Part shown: positions 39,036 through 48,661 of the stretch, piece by piece
Layout of the letters: each line of letters begins with the position of its first letter
Numbering within the stretch: position 1 is the stretch's first letter
Origin: a virus
Length of the DNA: 64,000 bases
Reading direction: 5' to 3' (one strand)
Virus record (IMG/VR): IMGVR_UViG_3300006076_000002
Coordinates: 28,859 to 92,858 of that record
Notes under the pieces: model-generated
Told to the model about the DNA's origin: nothing
The model's input: only the letters and a program-made list of their open reading frames with translations
The model's database searches: none
Translations under genes and position numbers: made by a program

Positions 39036-39548
39036 TTACGCTTTCATGTCTTCGAAACTAACTGAGTAACGTTTTCTCAATTCAAGTCTAGACAATCCTG
39101 TCTTAGGATCTTTAACGTGCATAGGTATTTCAACTTCCTTAATCACATCAATATGCCCTTGCATTACTTCAACAGGCGTATTTAATGGTAGGATCATCTG
39201 ACCTAAGTCGAACCACTCATTACCACAATTCACTGACACTGTAGTTGTGAAGTTATTTTCACGTTGATCATTATCAACTATCGTGACTACTTTAGTCTTA
39301 CGAGCCTTTGCTTCCATCTTACGAGCTAAGTCACCCATCTTATGTACTGACTTTATGTCTGCACCTTTTTTATTCTCTTCGAACGACTCTTTAGCTTTAA
39401 TCTCTGCTTCAATCTTCTCATCAGCTTTCTTTTCTTCTGCTTCGTAGAACTCATTGATTCTTTCCTGAAGCTTAGCTTCACTAATATTTGGACTGAACGA
39501 AATATTTAACTCTTTCGCTTCTTGTTTTAGCTCATCAATTTTAGCCAT
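39036..39548 (-). CDS. N4 gp55-like protein
   Basis: LKQEAKELNISFSPNISEAKLQERI N-terminus; downstream of MCP. Confidence 0.7.
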   Translation of the reverse strand: MAKIDELKQEAKELNISFSPNISEAKLQERINEFYEAEEKKADEKIEAEIKAKESFEENKKGADIKSVHKMGDLARKMEAKARKTKVVTIVDNDQRENNFTTTVSVNCGNEWFDLGQMILPLNTPVEVMQGHIDVIKEVEIPMHVKDPKTGLSRLELRKRYSVSFEDMKA

Positions 39549-39591
39549 ATCTAAATTCCTTTTAGGTTGTTTTAGTTTTTATACTGGGTGT

Positions 39592-39620
39592 ATTATAACA
39601 TAGTATTGAGGGAATTGCAA
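39592..39620 (-). promoter_or_regulatory. canonical sigma70 promoter TTGCAA-N17-TATAAT
   Basis: Near-consensus -35, TGn extension and -10, directly after the HNH gene. Confidence 0.65.
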
Positions 39621-39623
39621 GAA

Positions 39624-40628
39624 CTAACTTGCATATCTGATGTAGTATCCAGCAGTTCTATACTTGGCAAAACCTAGCTTCTCGTTATCTCTAGCAGCTC
39701 TAGTTACTTTAGATCTATTAGCTCCTATAGCCTCTGCAGCTTTCTTACCACTATCATACCTATCCCAACTCTCTTTATCTTTAGACACTTCAACTGGACG
39801 TTCTAGCCCTTCTGAGTACAGTGTGTTATCTATTGTCATAGCTATGTTTTTAAACTTCTCAGGTAACTCTTCACCTATAGTATTGAGTACTATATACCCT
39901 CTGTATCTATATGGATTAATTGTAACGTCGTAGCCTTTATTCTTATCTAATGTGTCATTTTGTTTAGCAGCTTTGCCTAGCTTACTTGCATTAGCCATAG
40001 TGATACTTAGTTCTTTCTCTATTAGCTCTTTAGCATCTATTAAACGTGGAAAGAACTTCCACTCTTTACCATCTTTAGATACTGCACAGCCCTTATTTCT
40101 ACTATCTTGTAATCCAGTTTCCCATGCGTGTTTTAGATTATCTTCATTACTAATCCACTCTAAGTTTGTATAATGATTATTTAGTTTGTCACCGTCTTTA
40201 TGATTTACTGTAAGTGTTTGATCACCTTCTACAAATGCTCGTGCAACTAGTCTGTGTATATACTCTAATACTTTGTTTCCATCTATACTAGTAATATTTA
40301 CTACTTTGTACCCATTTTTACCAATAATAGGATTTAAGTACTTTAATGTTTTTAACGAGTATACTTCACCATTCTTAGTTATTGTATGGTTAGGGTACCC
40401 TTCAATTGGTTTACCTGGTACAGTCTCAGGAAAGGTTATTTTTATAAGGTATTCTATAGCTCTTCGTACTGAAGTACCATCGATTAGTTTTACATTAGTA
40501 GCTTCTGGACTATTTTTATACTTTACGGTTGAATATTTAGTACCATCATCACGCAGTAAAACGTATGAATTATTTAGTTTTTGGATTTTTAGGTTTTGAT
40601 AACCTGGGGTTTGTCGTGTGTTATTCAC
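39624..40628 (-). CDS. HNH homing endonuclease with NUMOD-like DNA-binding repeats
   Basis: YIHRLVARAF...VNHKDGDKLNNHYTNLEW; two C-terminal VSKD..W...A repeats; GTG start with AAGGAG. Confidence 0.88.
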   Translation of the reverse strand: MNNTRQTPGYQNLKIQKLNNSYVLLRDDGTKYSTVKYKNSPEATNVKLIDGTSVRRAIEYLIKITFPETVPGKPIEGYPNHTITKNGEVYSLKTLKYLNPIIGKNGYKVVNITSIDGNKVLEYIHRLVARAFVEGDQTLTVNHKDGDKLNNHYTNLEWISNEDNLKHAWETGLQDSRNKGCAVSKDGKEWKFFPRLIDAKELIEKELSITMANASKLGKAAKQNDTLDKNKGYDVTINPYRYRGYIVLNTIGEELPEKFKNIAMTIDNTLYSEGLERPVEVSKDKESWDRYDSGKKAAEAIGANRSKVTRAARDNEKLGFAKYRTAGYYIRYAS

Positions 40629-40656
40629 AGGAACTCCTTGTATAATTTATACAAGA

Positions 40657-40678
40657 AGTATACCTGGATTTACCTTAT
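40657..40678 (-). promoter_or_regulatory. promoter ATAAGG-N10-TATACT overlapping an RBS-sequestering hairpin
   Basis: Motif match; CTTCTTGTATA-AAT-TATACAAGGAG hairpin. Confidence 0.6.
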
Positions 40679-40695
40679 AGGGTACTTAAAGCTTC

Positions 40696-41877
40696 CTATT
40701 TCGAAGCGGCTACATATACAGCGAGAAGTTTCTCAGCCTCTAAAATAATCCCTGCGTACCATAGAGAATAAGAGAAAAATCCCTGATTTCCATATACATT
40801 AACATTATCAACGTCTTTAGGTGACTTAGAGTTAAACTTAATTTTACCTTGACCTTTAAGACCTACAGTTGCAAATGCACCTTCAGTTGGGAAAAGAATT
40901 GGGAATACATCAAAATGATTTTCACCAGAACCATTATCACTGTACTGTAGTGTACCAGCGTAACTATCTGGGATTTTAGCACCAGCAGCACGGTAAGTAA
41001 CAGCAGCTTCAGACTCAATGAAACGTACTTCATTCATATAACCAACTTCACCTTCAGCAAGTGTAGATGCAGCAGCATACTTATGAACAGGTACGAATAC
41101 AAATTCAGTCTCATAACTAGAACCACGTGTAAGCGTTTCAAGGTCAGCTTTTACATCAGCACCAATAACACCATAGTAAGCAGGAGCAATTGGTTGTGTA
41201 CCAATTTTAGTTGAACCAGTTACGATCTGTGTATTTTTCTTAGCACGGTTTCTACGTAATTTACGTACAGCTTTACGCATTAAGTCGTAAGACACTTTGT
41301 AAACATCATCAGTTGAACCATCAGCAGCAGCACCATCACCTACAGTAGCTTTTGATGTAGCAACACCAGAAAACATTACAGTTGGAGTACCAAGCATATC
41401 AAGTTGAATCAAGTCTTCAATACGACTATTAGCTAATTCACCTAGCTCTTCACGGTAACGTGTCTGAATATAATCTTCTGAGAAGAGTTCTACTTCATCA
41501 GTATATTCAATCATCTCACCGTATCTAGCAAGTGTAGTTTCCATTGTAACTTTACTAAGTGAACGTGTATTAACACGACCAGCACCCTCAGCAAGTGACG
41601 CATTAGATAGTGACTGGGATACTGCAGCAGCATCACGAGCAGTTAAGTAACCTTTAGCTGCAAATTCAGTATCTGCAAGATCACGGTCATACATATGTAA
41701 GAACTTAGAAATCTTGAAAGTCTTACCCATTTTTTTAGGCATTGTCTTACGGTCAGCGAACTGTCCATAAACATTTACACGGTTAGCAGCTTTGATACCT
41801 GCTCTGTCATAAAAGTGTGTTACTGTGTTAGCACCAGCTGTTGAGTTAGTACCATTACCATAAATATTCATACTCAT
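40696..41877 (-). CDS. major capsid protein, N4-gp56 family (start refined to 41877)
   Basis: AGGAGG RBS before MSMNIYG; QFAD...MPKKMGKT, VPVHKYAA, GEVG, DVFPILF...FATVG. Confidence 0.93.
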   Translation of the reverse strand: MSMNIYGNGTNSTAGANTVTHFYDRAGIKAANRVNVYGQFADRKTMPKKMGKTFKISKFLHMYDRDLADTEFAAKGYLTARDAAAVSQSLSNASLAEGAGRVNTRSLSKVTMETTLARYGEMIEYTDEVELFSEDYIQTRYREELGELANSRIEDLIQLDMLGTPTVMFSGVATSKATVGDGAAADGSTDDVYKVSYDLMRKAVRKLRRNRAKKNTQIVTGSTKIGTQPIAPAYYGVIGADVKADLETLTRGSSYETEFVFVPVHKYAAASTLAEGEVGYMNEVRFIESEAAVTYRAAGAKIPDSYAGTLQYSDNGSGENHFDVFPILFPTEGAFATVGLKGQGKIKFNSKSPKDVDNVNVYGNQGFFSYSLWYAGIILEAEKLLAVYVAASK

Positions 41878-41908
41878 TATTTTTGTGCCTCCTAAGACAC
41901 TACGATTT

Positions 41909-42466
41909 TTAGTCCCCTCTTTGTGGGCTCTTAATTTTTTTCCAGGTGTACCCTTTATGAACTGGTCCACGTTTACCAGAGATAGCTCTAGTTACACCAG
42001 ATAGTACAAATCCTGCATTCTCTAAATTCTTTTTACCGACTAAAGTGATTTCTTCACCAGTTTTAATATTTGTACCTATGTAGGTAGTCATACCTTTACC
42101 GACCATCATTTCCTTAGTTGATAACCCTGTTAACCAAGCATGATCTATATTTTGTTGTCGATCACACCATTCTAGATTCGATGCACAATTATTATGCTTA
42201 TCGCCATCTATATGATTAACCTCTTTTAACCCTAATGGGTTAGGAAGAAACGCCTCCGCTACTAGTCTATGTACGTATTTACTTTCTACAGGGTCATTCC
42301 ATTTTTTTCTTCTTAATGAAACTCTAAGATAGCCTTTATTGTTTGTAGCAGCTAACTCTTTTGTTGGAGTTTTACTGATACCTTCATTTCTGACTATCAT
42401 ACTGTATACTTTTCCGTTTTCACTTACAGTGTATCTACCATTGAATCCATTGACTTCTTTTAACAT
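41909..42466 (-). CDS. NUMOD4-HNH homing endonuclease (start refined to 42466)
   Basis: YTVSENGKVYS, VHRLVAEAFLPNP...VNHIDGDKHNN...NLEW. Confidence 0.9.
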   Translation of the reverse strand: MLKEVNGFNGRYTVSENGKVYSMIVRNEGISKTPTKELAATNNKGYLRVSLRRKKWNDPVESKYVHRLVAEAFLPNPLGLKEVNHIDGDKHNNCASNLEWCDRQQNIDHAWLTGLSTKEMMVGKGMTTYIGTNIKTGEEITLVGKKNLENAGFVLSGVTRAISGKRGPVHKGYTWKKIKSPQRGD

Positions 42467-42487
42467 AGTATATCCTTTCATGAATAT

Positions 42488-42509
42488 ATTATACCCTTAG
42501 TTGCCTTAT
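42488..42509 (-). promoter_or_regulatory. promoter ATAAGG-N10-TATAAT
   Basis: Motif match upstream of the HNH/MCP genes. Confidence 0.6.
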
Positions 42510-42525
42510 GGAAACCTTTTTCTCT

Positions 42526-43701
42526 TTAATAGAAATTCTCTACTTTATCTTTATACCATTTTTCAAACTCCTCGTCAGAATCATCTAGGTAATCAGTTAC
42601 AGTAGTTTTTGTTCCTGCACTCTTCTTCGAAGGTACAGCACGTTTACGTTGTTCGGCCTTTTGTTCAGTAGCTTCACGTTGAGCAGTTTCTTTTTGCACT
42701 CGTTCCAATTCAGCTTGCTTAGCTTGTTTGGCTTGCATTCTCATTTGTTCCTGTGCTTGCATAGCTTGCTGTGACTGCTCTTGCTCAGCAAAGTATACCT
42801 TAGCAGCCTCTTTGTAGTAATCTAGGTCTGACATTCGCCCACCATCATATACTTTCATTTTAGCTGCAATTGGTTGTACCCTATCAAACGTGCCATCACG
42901 TACATCAATGTGTAATGCTTTAATCAGCTGTGGGTCCTTAGTTATTTCATTCAGTGAACCTTCATCCCAATCTTTAGTTAGGACTGCCTCTGTACGCACA
43001 AACTCCGGATCTCTACTAATCTCATCTACCACATCTTGTATTGCGATAGCTGTTTCATCACGACCATAATCCTTCGGCACATAGTTACTCTCTTCCGTAT
43101 CTAAATCGAGGGCATCAACACCTGTTCTCTTTAGTAACGCTCCAATCGCATCTTTGTCACCCTTCAGCACATCTATAGCTAAGTTCAAGTCATTCTTATC
43201 GATGCCAGCTTGCTCAATAGCGTCAATCGTCTGTCGCCACGGTTTAATCTGTTGCATTTTCTTAGTATAGTCCATAGCCTGTCCAAACACACGAGGAAAC
43301 TGTTGTTTCATCTCATCTTCGGTAAACTCATATTCCATACCATTAGCTTTGAACTTGTACGTCTGTACTGGTTGTGTTTCCTCTTCCGCTTTGTCTTCCT
43401 CTGCTTCCGGTTGTCCTTCTTCCTCAGTAGTGTCCCCGTCAGGCTCACTAGCTTCAGTTTCTGGGTCTTCTTCAGTCTCTTCTTCCACTTCATTGTCAAC
43501 ATCAGCATTATCATCGGAGTCCTGGTCTTCAGGTTGTTCCAAATCATCTGCCTCATTATCTACTTCAGCAGGTTCTACGTAATCTTCATCCACGTTAGCT
43601 TCACCTACTTCAGTATTATCTTCATCTACCTGAGCTTCAGCGTATGCTTGCTCAAGTTCTTCGTCGCTCATATTATAGAGCTGATCTTCTGTAAATGCCA
43701 T
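42526..43701 (-). CDS. N4 gp57-like (scaffold/tape-measure-annotated) protein
   Basis: Acidic N-terminus, FKANG, MDYTKKMQQIKP, C-terminal SDEEFEK. Confidence 0.8.
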   Translation of the reverse strand: MAFTEDQLYNMSDEELEQAYAEAQVDEDNTEVGEANVDEDYVEPAEVDNEADDLEQPEDQDSDDNADVDNEVEEETEEDPETEASEPDGDTTEEEGQPEAEEDKAEEETQPVQTYKFKANGMEYEFTEDEMKQQFPRVFGQAMDYTKKMQQIKPWRQTIDAIEQAGIDKNDLNLAIDVLKGDKDAIGALLKRTGVDALDLDTEESNYVPKDYGRDETAIAIQDVVDEISRDPEFVRTEAVLTKDWDEGSLNEITKDPQLIKALHIDVRDGTFDRVQPIAAKMKVYDGGRMSDLDYYKEAAKVYFAEQEQSQQAMQAQEQMRMQAKQAKQAELERVQKETAQREATEQKAEQRKRAVPSKKSAGTKTTVTDYLDDSDEEFEKWYKDKVENFY

Positions 43702-43704
43702 AAT

Positions 43705-44037
43705 TTACTCCTCAGACTCAGTATCTTCATCGTCCTCATCTGGAGAGATATTACCCATAGCTTTTACTGTAGCAAAGTAATCTTCAAGTTGACTAATGGC
43801 AACTAATTGCTCCATTACATCACCCCTCTTACCTTGATCCTTGATCGCTGGATGTGCCAGTAAACTAACTCCATTAATTGCTTTATCTCTGAAGTAACCT
43901 TCTTTGATAACCTTAACGAAATCTGCATTGTTCTCTAATCTATCTAGAGCCTCTTTAAGCTCCACCCAGTACTGCATCTCTACAGTAGCTACTAATTCAT
44001 CTGAAACATTATCAGTCTGTGCTTGGTTAATCATCAT
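43705..44037 (-). CDS. N4 gp58-like protein
   Basis: ALDRLENNADFVKVIKEGYF; lies between portal and gp57-like gene. Confidence 0.75.
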   Translation of the reverse strand: MMINQAQTDNVSDELVATVEMQYWVELKEALDRLENNADFVKVIKEGYFRDKAINGVSLLAHPAIKDQGKRGDVMEQLVAISQLEDYFATVKAMGNISPDEDDEDTESEE

Positions 44038-44098
44038 TTGATGTATTCCTTAGTTGTTGATATGTTAGTTTTACGACAGTTACGGTCTAAACACTGTA

Positions 44099-44120
44099 AT
44101 TATACAATGCTTAAACTTAA
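44099..44120 (-). promoter_or_regulatory. promoter TTAAGT-N10-TATAAT
   Basis: Motif match; TTAAG repeated three times. Confidence 0.6.
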
Positions 44121-44127
44121 CTTAACC

Positions 44128-44421
44128 TTATCTTGCGCTTAACGCAGCTAATCCATCCATTCCCTGTGGTACTGGTTGCTCTTCTACTGGAGCCTGTTGT
44201 CCTTGCCCAGCTGCTTCCATTGCCATCTGAATCAACTCTTTAGGTACACCTTGCTCTTCTAACTGCTGAGGTGTAACCCCTTGCTTCAGCAATTCAACTA
44301 GTTGTGCCACTAGCTGCATAATCTGCTCTTGATCTGATTGTCCACCAGCTTGCTGAGCCTCAGCTTGCATACCTTGCTGCCCTGCCATTGCACTCTGTTG
44401 TGCTAATCCCTGATCCATCAT
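44128..44421 (-). CDS. small Gln/Ala/Met-rich putative virion protein
   Basis: Coupled to upstream gene; QGLAQQ motif. Confidence 0.65.
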   Translation of the reverse strand: MMDQGLAQQSAMAGQQGMQAEAQQAGGQSDQEQIMQLVAQLVELLKQGVTPQQLEEQGVPKELIQMAMEAAGQGQQAPVEEQPVPQGMDGLAALSAR

Positions 44422-44780
44422 TATCTATTTCCTCCGTATTGTTGTGCTAACCCTTGTGAGTGGGCTCTCATAGTCATTATGTCTTGCATATTAGGCATTC
44501 TACCTAGTAGTTGAGCTGCTCTCTGCACTTCTTCACTTGACACATTATCTCTAGGGTCTACCACTACCCCATCTCTCGGTGCAGCGTATGCAGCAGCTAA
44601 TCCGTGTTCCACTCCTTGTGCTAACCCAGCTTGATGAGCTTCTTGTGCTAATGCTTTCATCTGTGCAGCTTGTTGTGCTGCTCTCTCTTGTGCAATCGCT
44701 TGCTTACCTACTTGTGCATACCTAGAGTTTTCATTATCTATTGCTTGTGCCTTAGCTCTATCTTCAATTATACCCATCAT
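44421..44780 (-). CDS. small Gln/Ala-rich putative virion protein
   Basis: Directly after portal; GLAQ motifs. Confidence 0.65.
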   Translation of the reverse strand: MMGIIEDRAKAQAIDNENSRYAQVGKQAIAQERAAQQAAQMKALAQEAHQAGLAQGVEHGLAAAYAAPRDGVVVDPRDNVSSEEVQRAAQLLGRMPNMQDIMTMRAHSQGLAQQYGGNR

Positions 44781-46751
44781 TTATCCTTCATATATACCTA
44801 AGTTTTTGTCTCCAGCTTTTTGTTGCATTTGCATACTTAGCAAATTCATCTTAGCTTTCAACTCCTCTAACTCTAGCTTCTGTGCATGGTCTACACCCTC
44901 ATTCTCTTTGATGAACTTAAGGTCTGTCATATCCTTGTCACTAGCCAACTTCTCAGCCTTAGCCTCTTCTACCATTGCCTTAGCATTCTTCAATCTTAGG
45001 TCACCTTCATTCTCTTGGCCTCTTGATCTAATGTCTTCTATCTCTGCCTGTAGTTTACCTACTATTGCTTGCATTTTTTGTAGCTCTAGCTGTTTCTCTT
45101 GCTGTGCCATTGGATCTGGTTGTGGTTTGTAGTTAGCTATTTTATCTGCTAAATCTGGCATTTTCTGTAATCTAGCTATGTCTGATATAATTATCTGCAT
45201 CAGTTCTTGTCCCATGCTATTGCCTATAGTTTGCATTAAGAAACTTAGTTGTTGTGCTTTAGCGTTATTATCTTCAGCTGTACTGATAGCTATATCTATA
45301 TCTATTCTGCCTTGTAGGTCATCTCTACGAATAGGTACGAACTCACTATTAGTTACTCGTACTACTTCTTCCTCATCCAGGAACTCTGCATTGTATGCCA
45401 TCCATTTACGCATCAATGGCTTAAGCAGGTTCTCTGCCATATTTCTAACTAGGTTTAGCTTTCTCATTCCTGTAGCATCCATTGAAGCTCTCACTCCGGT
45501 TGCACTACTACCTAAACTATTACCTGATATACCTTGGTTGAAGCTCTTAACTCCAGTCTGACTCTCAATGTCATTATCCATCATCTGCAGTACATTGAAC
45601 ACACTACCTGGAATCTGATTGAAGCTACCTTGCCAGAAGTCTCCTGGTGTACCGTTGAACTCGAAGTTCTTCCCTGCCAGGAATTTCTTCTTATCAGCTG
45701 GACTCAATGCACCTTTACGCAACCCTACTTGACCATTATTTGATCTAGCCATATTATCTATGATCCCACGAGTGATTGCTGTTTTAACCTTTTGTCTATC
45801 GCCAATGTTCTCAGCTAATGCTTCACCTTCTAATTGGAAAGGGATCGGAGTGAATGGTACTACAAGGAATGGTGGTTTCTTATCCGGATACGGATTATCT
45901 TCTAATCTAATGATTACGTTATGCTCAGTCCATACGCACACAATCGGTATAGCTATACCATCACCTTTCATGTCGTAGTTGCCCCAGTATTCGTATACTA
46001 CGAACTTCTTACGTGGATCGTCTCTGAACTCGAAGTTACTTCTATCTTCTGGTATGTAATCCGTATCTTCACTAGCTAACTTCATACCTACGTGTTTCAG
46101 GTTCTTGTATCTACCGTCTTTTCTCAGTGTACTCAAGTCTGTTTCATATCTGTATATCACGAACTGTGCTTTGTCCATATCTCCCATACAAGTAGGATCT
46201 ACGAATACATCTTCATTTCTACATACATGAGCTGTAGGTTTATTAACTATTACTTTAGTACTCTCTACCTCAGTTTTAGCTACTTCATGCTTACCAGTCA
46301 TAGGATTAATAGCTATTACATCTACTTCTTCCTTAACCCTTTCATCTTGATAATCCCACCCAGTCTGTACTATACATGTACCTTCAGTAGCTAATACTCT
46401 AGCAGCTCTAGTTATGAAGTTGTATCTATCAAATTTTCTAGTGAACTGCGTATTTAGCACTAGCTCATTTTGCCTAGCTGACTCTACGTCTTCTGCAGTA
46501 ACTGGGTTACACTTAATCACATCAGGAGTACCTAGGAATGGGTCTACCATACTAGGTATTAGCCATTCTAGCTGTCTCTTGATATCCTTACTTACTATTG
46601 ATGAACGACCTTTCTGTTCATTTCCGTACCCCTTATTCCCGTAGGTCTCATCAACCCATTTATCTCTCCTAGCTATCCATTCCTTTTGATGTACTTCAGA
46701 GGCTTTATAGTCTGACTGCAAACTAACTAATAGTTCTTTTTTATTAATCAT
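44781..46751 (-). CDS. portal protein (N4 gp59-like)
   Basis: KGRSSIVSKDIKRQLEW, VDPTC, YEYWG, NPYPDKKPPF, GVKSFNQGISG, IDIAISTAE. Confidence 0.93.
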   Translation of the reverse strand: MINKKELLVSLQSDYKASEVHQKEWIARRDKWVDETYGNKGYGNEQKGRSSIVSKDIKRQLEWLIPSMVDPFLGTPDVIKCNPVTAEDVESARQNELVLNTQFTRKFDRYNFITRAARVLATEGTCIVQTGWDYQDERVKEEVDVIAINPMTGKHEVAKTEVESTKVIVNKPTAHVCRNEDVFVDPTCMGDMDKAQFVIYRYETDLSTLRKDGRYKNLKHVGMKLASEDTDYIPEDRSNFEFRDDPRKKFVVYEYWGNYDMKGDGIAIPIVCVWTEHNVIIRLEDNPYPDKKPPFLVVPFTPIPFQLEGEALAENIGDRQKVKTAITRGIIDNMARSNNGQVGLRKGALSPADKKKFLAGKNFEFNGTPGDFWQGSFNQIPGSVFNVLQMMDNDIESQTGVKSFNQGISGNSLGSSATGVRASMDATGMRKLNLVRNMAENLLKPLMRKWMAYNAEFLDEEEVVRVTNSEFVPIRRDDLQGRIDIDIAISTAEDNNAKAQQLSFLMQTIGNSMGQELMQIIISDIARLQKMPDLADKIANYKPQPDPMAQQEKQLELQKMQAIVGKLQAEIEDIRSRGQENEGDLRLKNAKAMVEEAKAEKLASDKDMTDLKFIKENEGVDHAQKLELEELKAKMNLLSMQMQQKAGDKNLGIYEG

Positions 46752-47481
46752 ATAAACACCCTTTAAATTTAACTTTAGTGTAACACTCAGTATGCCCTGA
46801 AAAAGACAGTGCAGGGGAATACTTATAATCCTTATTTAAATTATGATATTTTACTTCAAGCTCACTGATAGTTTTTGCATCTCCCTCAATAGTACCTATT
46901 ACAGTATAATGGTAAGGATTACTTTGCAATCTAGTAGAAACAGGTACAAAGGTTTTTCCTATCTTATAGAAAGTTTCTTCACCATCGTACATACGAACAA
47001 CATATAACTTGTATCCATCGAATTGTGAAGATGTTTTACTTTTTTCTTCCCACAAAGTGTGTGTCCAACCTGTATTAATATATCTACATTTTTGACATCC
47101 ACTCCCTTGCAGATGAGTAAGAGCTTGCTGTTTAAAGTACCCGTGTATTTTACACTTAATTAAGACTTTACCCTTTGCTTTAGTATATATAGTGCGGTCA
47201 TACTCGTATCTGTCTTGATGTACTTTTTTAGCTTTTTCAATGAACTCTCCAGTATTACTCAGGTTTTTCTGTGTTCTACGTTCTTTGCCACATTCAGGGC
47301 AACCTTCCTTACTGTTAGTATGGTCTGCAGCTCTGTTCTTAATAAAATTACCGTGAATAGGACATGTTATTATAACGGGTTCGGCAGCACCGTGGTAAAC
47401 AGTGTATTCATAGGTATATTTATCGTTATGAACTTGTTTTGCTTTTTGTACATACTCTTCAGTAGTAAGTTTTTTACTCAT
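46744..47481 (-). CDS. putative homing endonuclease (CPIHG zinc repeats plus GIY-YIG/T5orf172-like domain)
   Basis: Two KAK.VH.D.Y.Y...Y...C.IHG.F...GC..C repeats; LYVVRM...YKIGKT...RL...GHTECY. Confidence 0.75.
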   Translation of the reverse strand: MSKKLTTEEYVQKAKQVHNDKYTYEYTVYHGAAEPVIITCPIHGNFIKNRAADHTNSKEGCPECGKERRTQKNLSNTGEFIEKAKKVHQDRYEYDRTIYTKAKGKVLIKCKIHGYFKQQALTHLQGSGCQKCRYINTGWTHTLWEEKSKTSSQFDGYKLYVVRMYDGEETFYKIGKTFVPVSTRLQSNPYHYTVIGTIEGDAKTISELEVKYHNLNKDYKYSPALSFSGHTECYTKVKFKGCLYD

Positions 47482-47511
47482 TGTCAGCTGGCTCCATTAT
47501 TTATTAACATT

Positions 47512-47533
47512 ATTATACCATAACTTTACTTAT
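47512..47533 (-). promoter_or_regulatory. promoter ATAAGT-N10-TATAAT (TGn extended -10)
   Basis: Motif match upstream of the endonuclease/portal genes. Confidence 0.6.
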
Positions 47534-47563
47534 GTTGTAGTGCTTCTTCTATTACCTCAAGTG

Positions 47564-47977
47564 TTAAGCACTAAATAACACTATTTCTTTTACCCCAGTG
47601 TTAGCCAAATCTAGATGACACCAGCTAACATCCTTTTCTATTCGTCTGATATGCGGAAATTCCTCTTGGTTATTTAGAATATATTGCCTTACTTCTTCGG
47701 CTGTGTACTTGCTCCACACTATATCTAACGCATTACCGTAACTGTGCTGGCTCCCTACCTTGTAGTACTTACTATCTGGAGTTCTTATTCCACTCCATTC
47801 TCTATTACCACCCCAGTAGTAGTTATTGATTGTCATAGTTCCATCACTGAATACTTCTTTTAGCTTATCTATCGTCTCAATCAGTCTGACATCAACATAT
47901 CGCCAAGCTTTTTCTCCATACGTATCATAAAGCACCTTAGGAACCAGTTCATGTATTTTAAAGTGTTTAGAAGTCAT
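47564..47977 (-). CDS. endolysin, peptidase M15 family
   Basis: HFKIHEL, SGIR, SQHSYGNALD, WCHLD (HxxxxxxD...H zinc ligands). Confidence 0.85.
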   Translation of the reverse strand: MTSKHFKIHELVPKVLYDTYGEKAWRYVDVRLIETIDKLKEVFSDGTMTINNYYWGGNREWSGIRTPDSKYYKVGSQHSYGNALDIVWSKYTAEEVRQYILNNQEEFPHIRRIEKDVSWCHLDLANTGVKEIVLFSA

Positions 47978-47983
47978 AATATA

Positions 47984-48661
47984 CTACCTTTTGTCTGAGT
48001 GACTATTTCTATTTGTTTCATACCAATCTTTCATCAACTGATCAGTATCTTTCATGTCTCTAGTAAGCATTGAAATTATTTTAGTATTAGATTTATCCAA
48101 AGTATTGATAGATTGTACTACATAAGTGCCAAACATTATACTGTAAGCTATAATCAACCCTACTGCCCATTTAATTGTAGTAGGGCTTACATCCGCTGCT
48201 TTACTGGTTTCTATCTTTTCTATTCTAAGTCTTTGTTCCATTTCAGCACCAGACATACGCACAAACTCCCTATTTAAAGTTTCTACATCTTTGGCAAGCA
48301 GTCTTACGCTATTACACCCATTTCCACTTTTTTGTGTATTTGCTATTTCATCTATACGTGCATGTATTCGTTTGTTATTGTCAAACATAGCCTCATCTCT
48401 ACGTTTGAAACTTTCTCTAACTTCTCTATCCATAGTTTCAAGTTTAGTACCAAACACAGCTTGTTTAGCTAAATACTTGCTTATTTCCTCTAGTCTACTA
48501 TTAGTAGCCATCTGTCTTTCATTGGACTCTTTTTGTGCTTCTACTAGCAGTTCTACACTTGCTACTATTTTAGCGTTACTTGTAACTAAGTCTTCAATTA
48601 CTTTATCATGCTTAGTTACTAAATCTTTCATTGCGTCATCTGTCATCACTACACACCTCAT
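47984..48661 (-). CDS. coiled-coil membrane protein in lysis cassette (holin/antiholin candidate; start probably 48646)
   Basis: Long coiled coil and one C-terminal TM segment. Confidence 0.5.
   Translation of the reverse strand: MRCVVMTDDAMKDLVTKHDKVIEDLVTSNAKIVASVELLVEAQKESNERQMATNSRLEEISKYLAKQAVFGTKLETMDREVRESFKRRDEAMFDNNKRIHARIDEIANTQKSGNGCNSVRLLAKDVETLNREFVRMSGAEMEQRLRIEKIETSKAADVSPTTIKWAVGLIIAYSIMFGTYVVQSINTLDKSNTKIISMLTRDMKDTDQLMKDWYETNRNSHSDKR

Noticed and set aside
41878-41970. 31-aa N-terminal extension of the major capsid protein
   Set aside because: Overlaps the HNH gene; a strong AGGAGG RBS points to ATG 41877.
39624-42466. HNH genes as intron-encoded ORFs splitting the capsid gene
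   Set aside because: The MCP reads as complete from N- to C-terminal motifs, and intergenic spaces are too short for intron cores.
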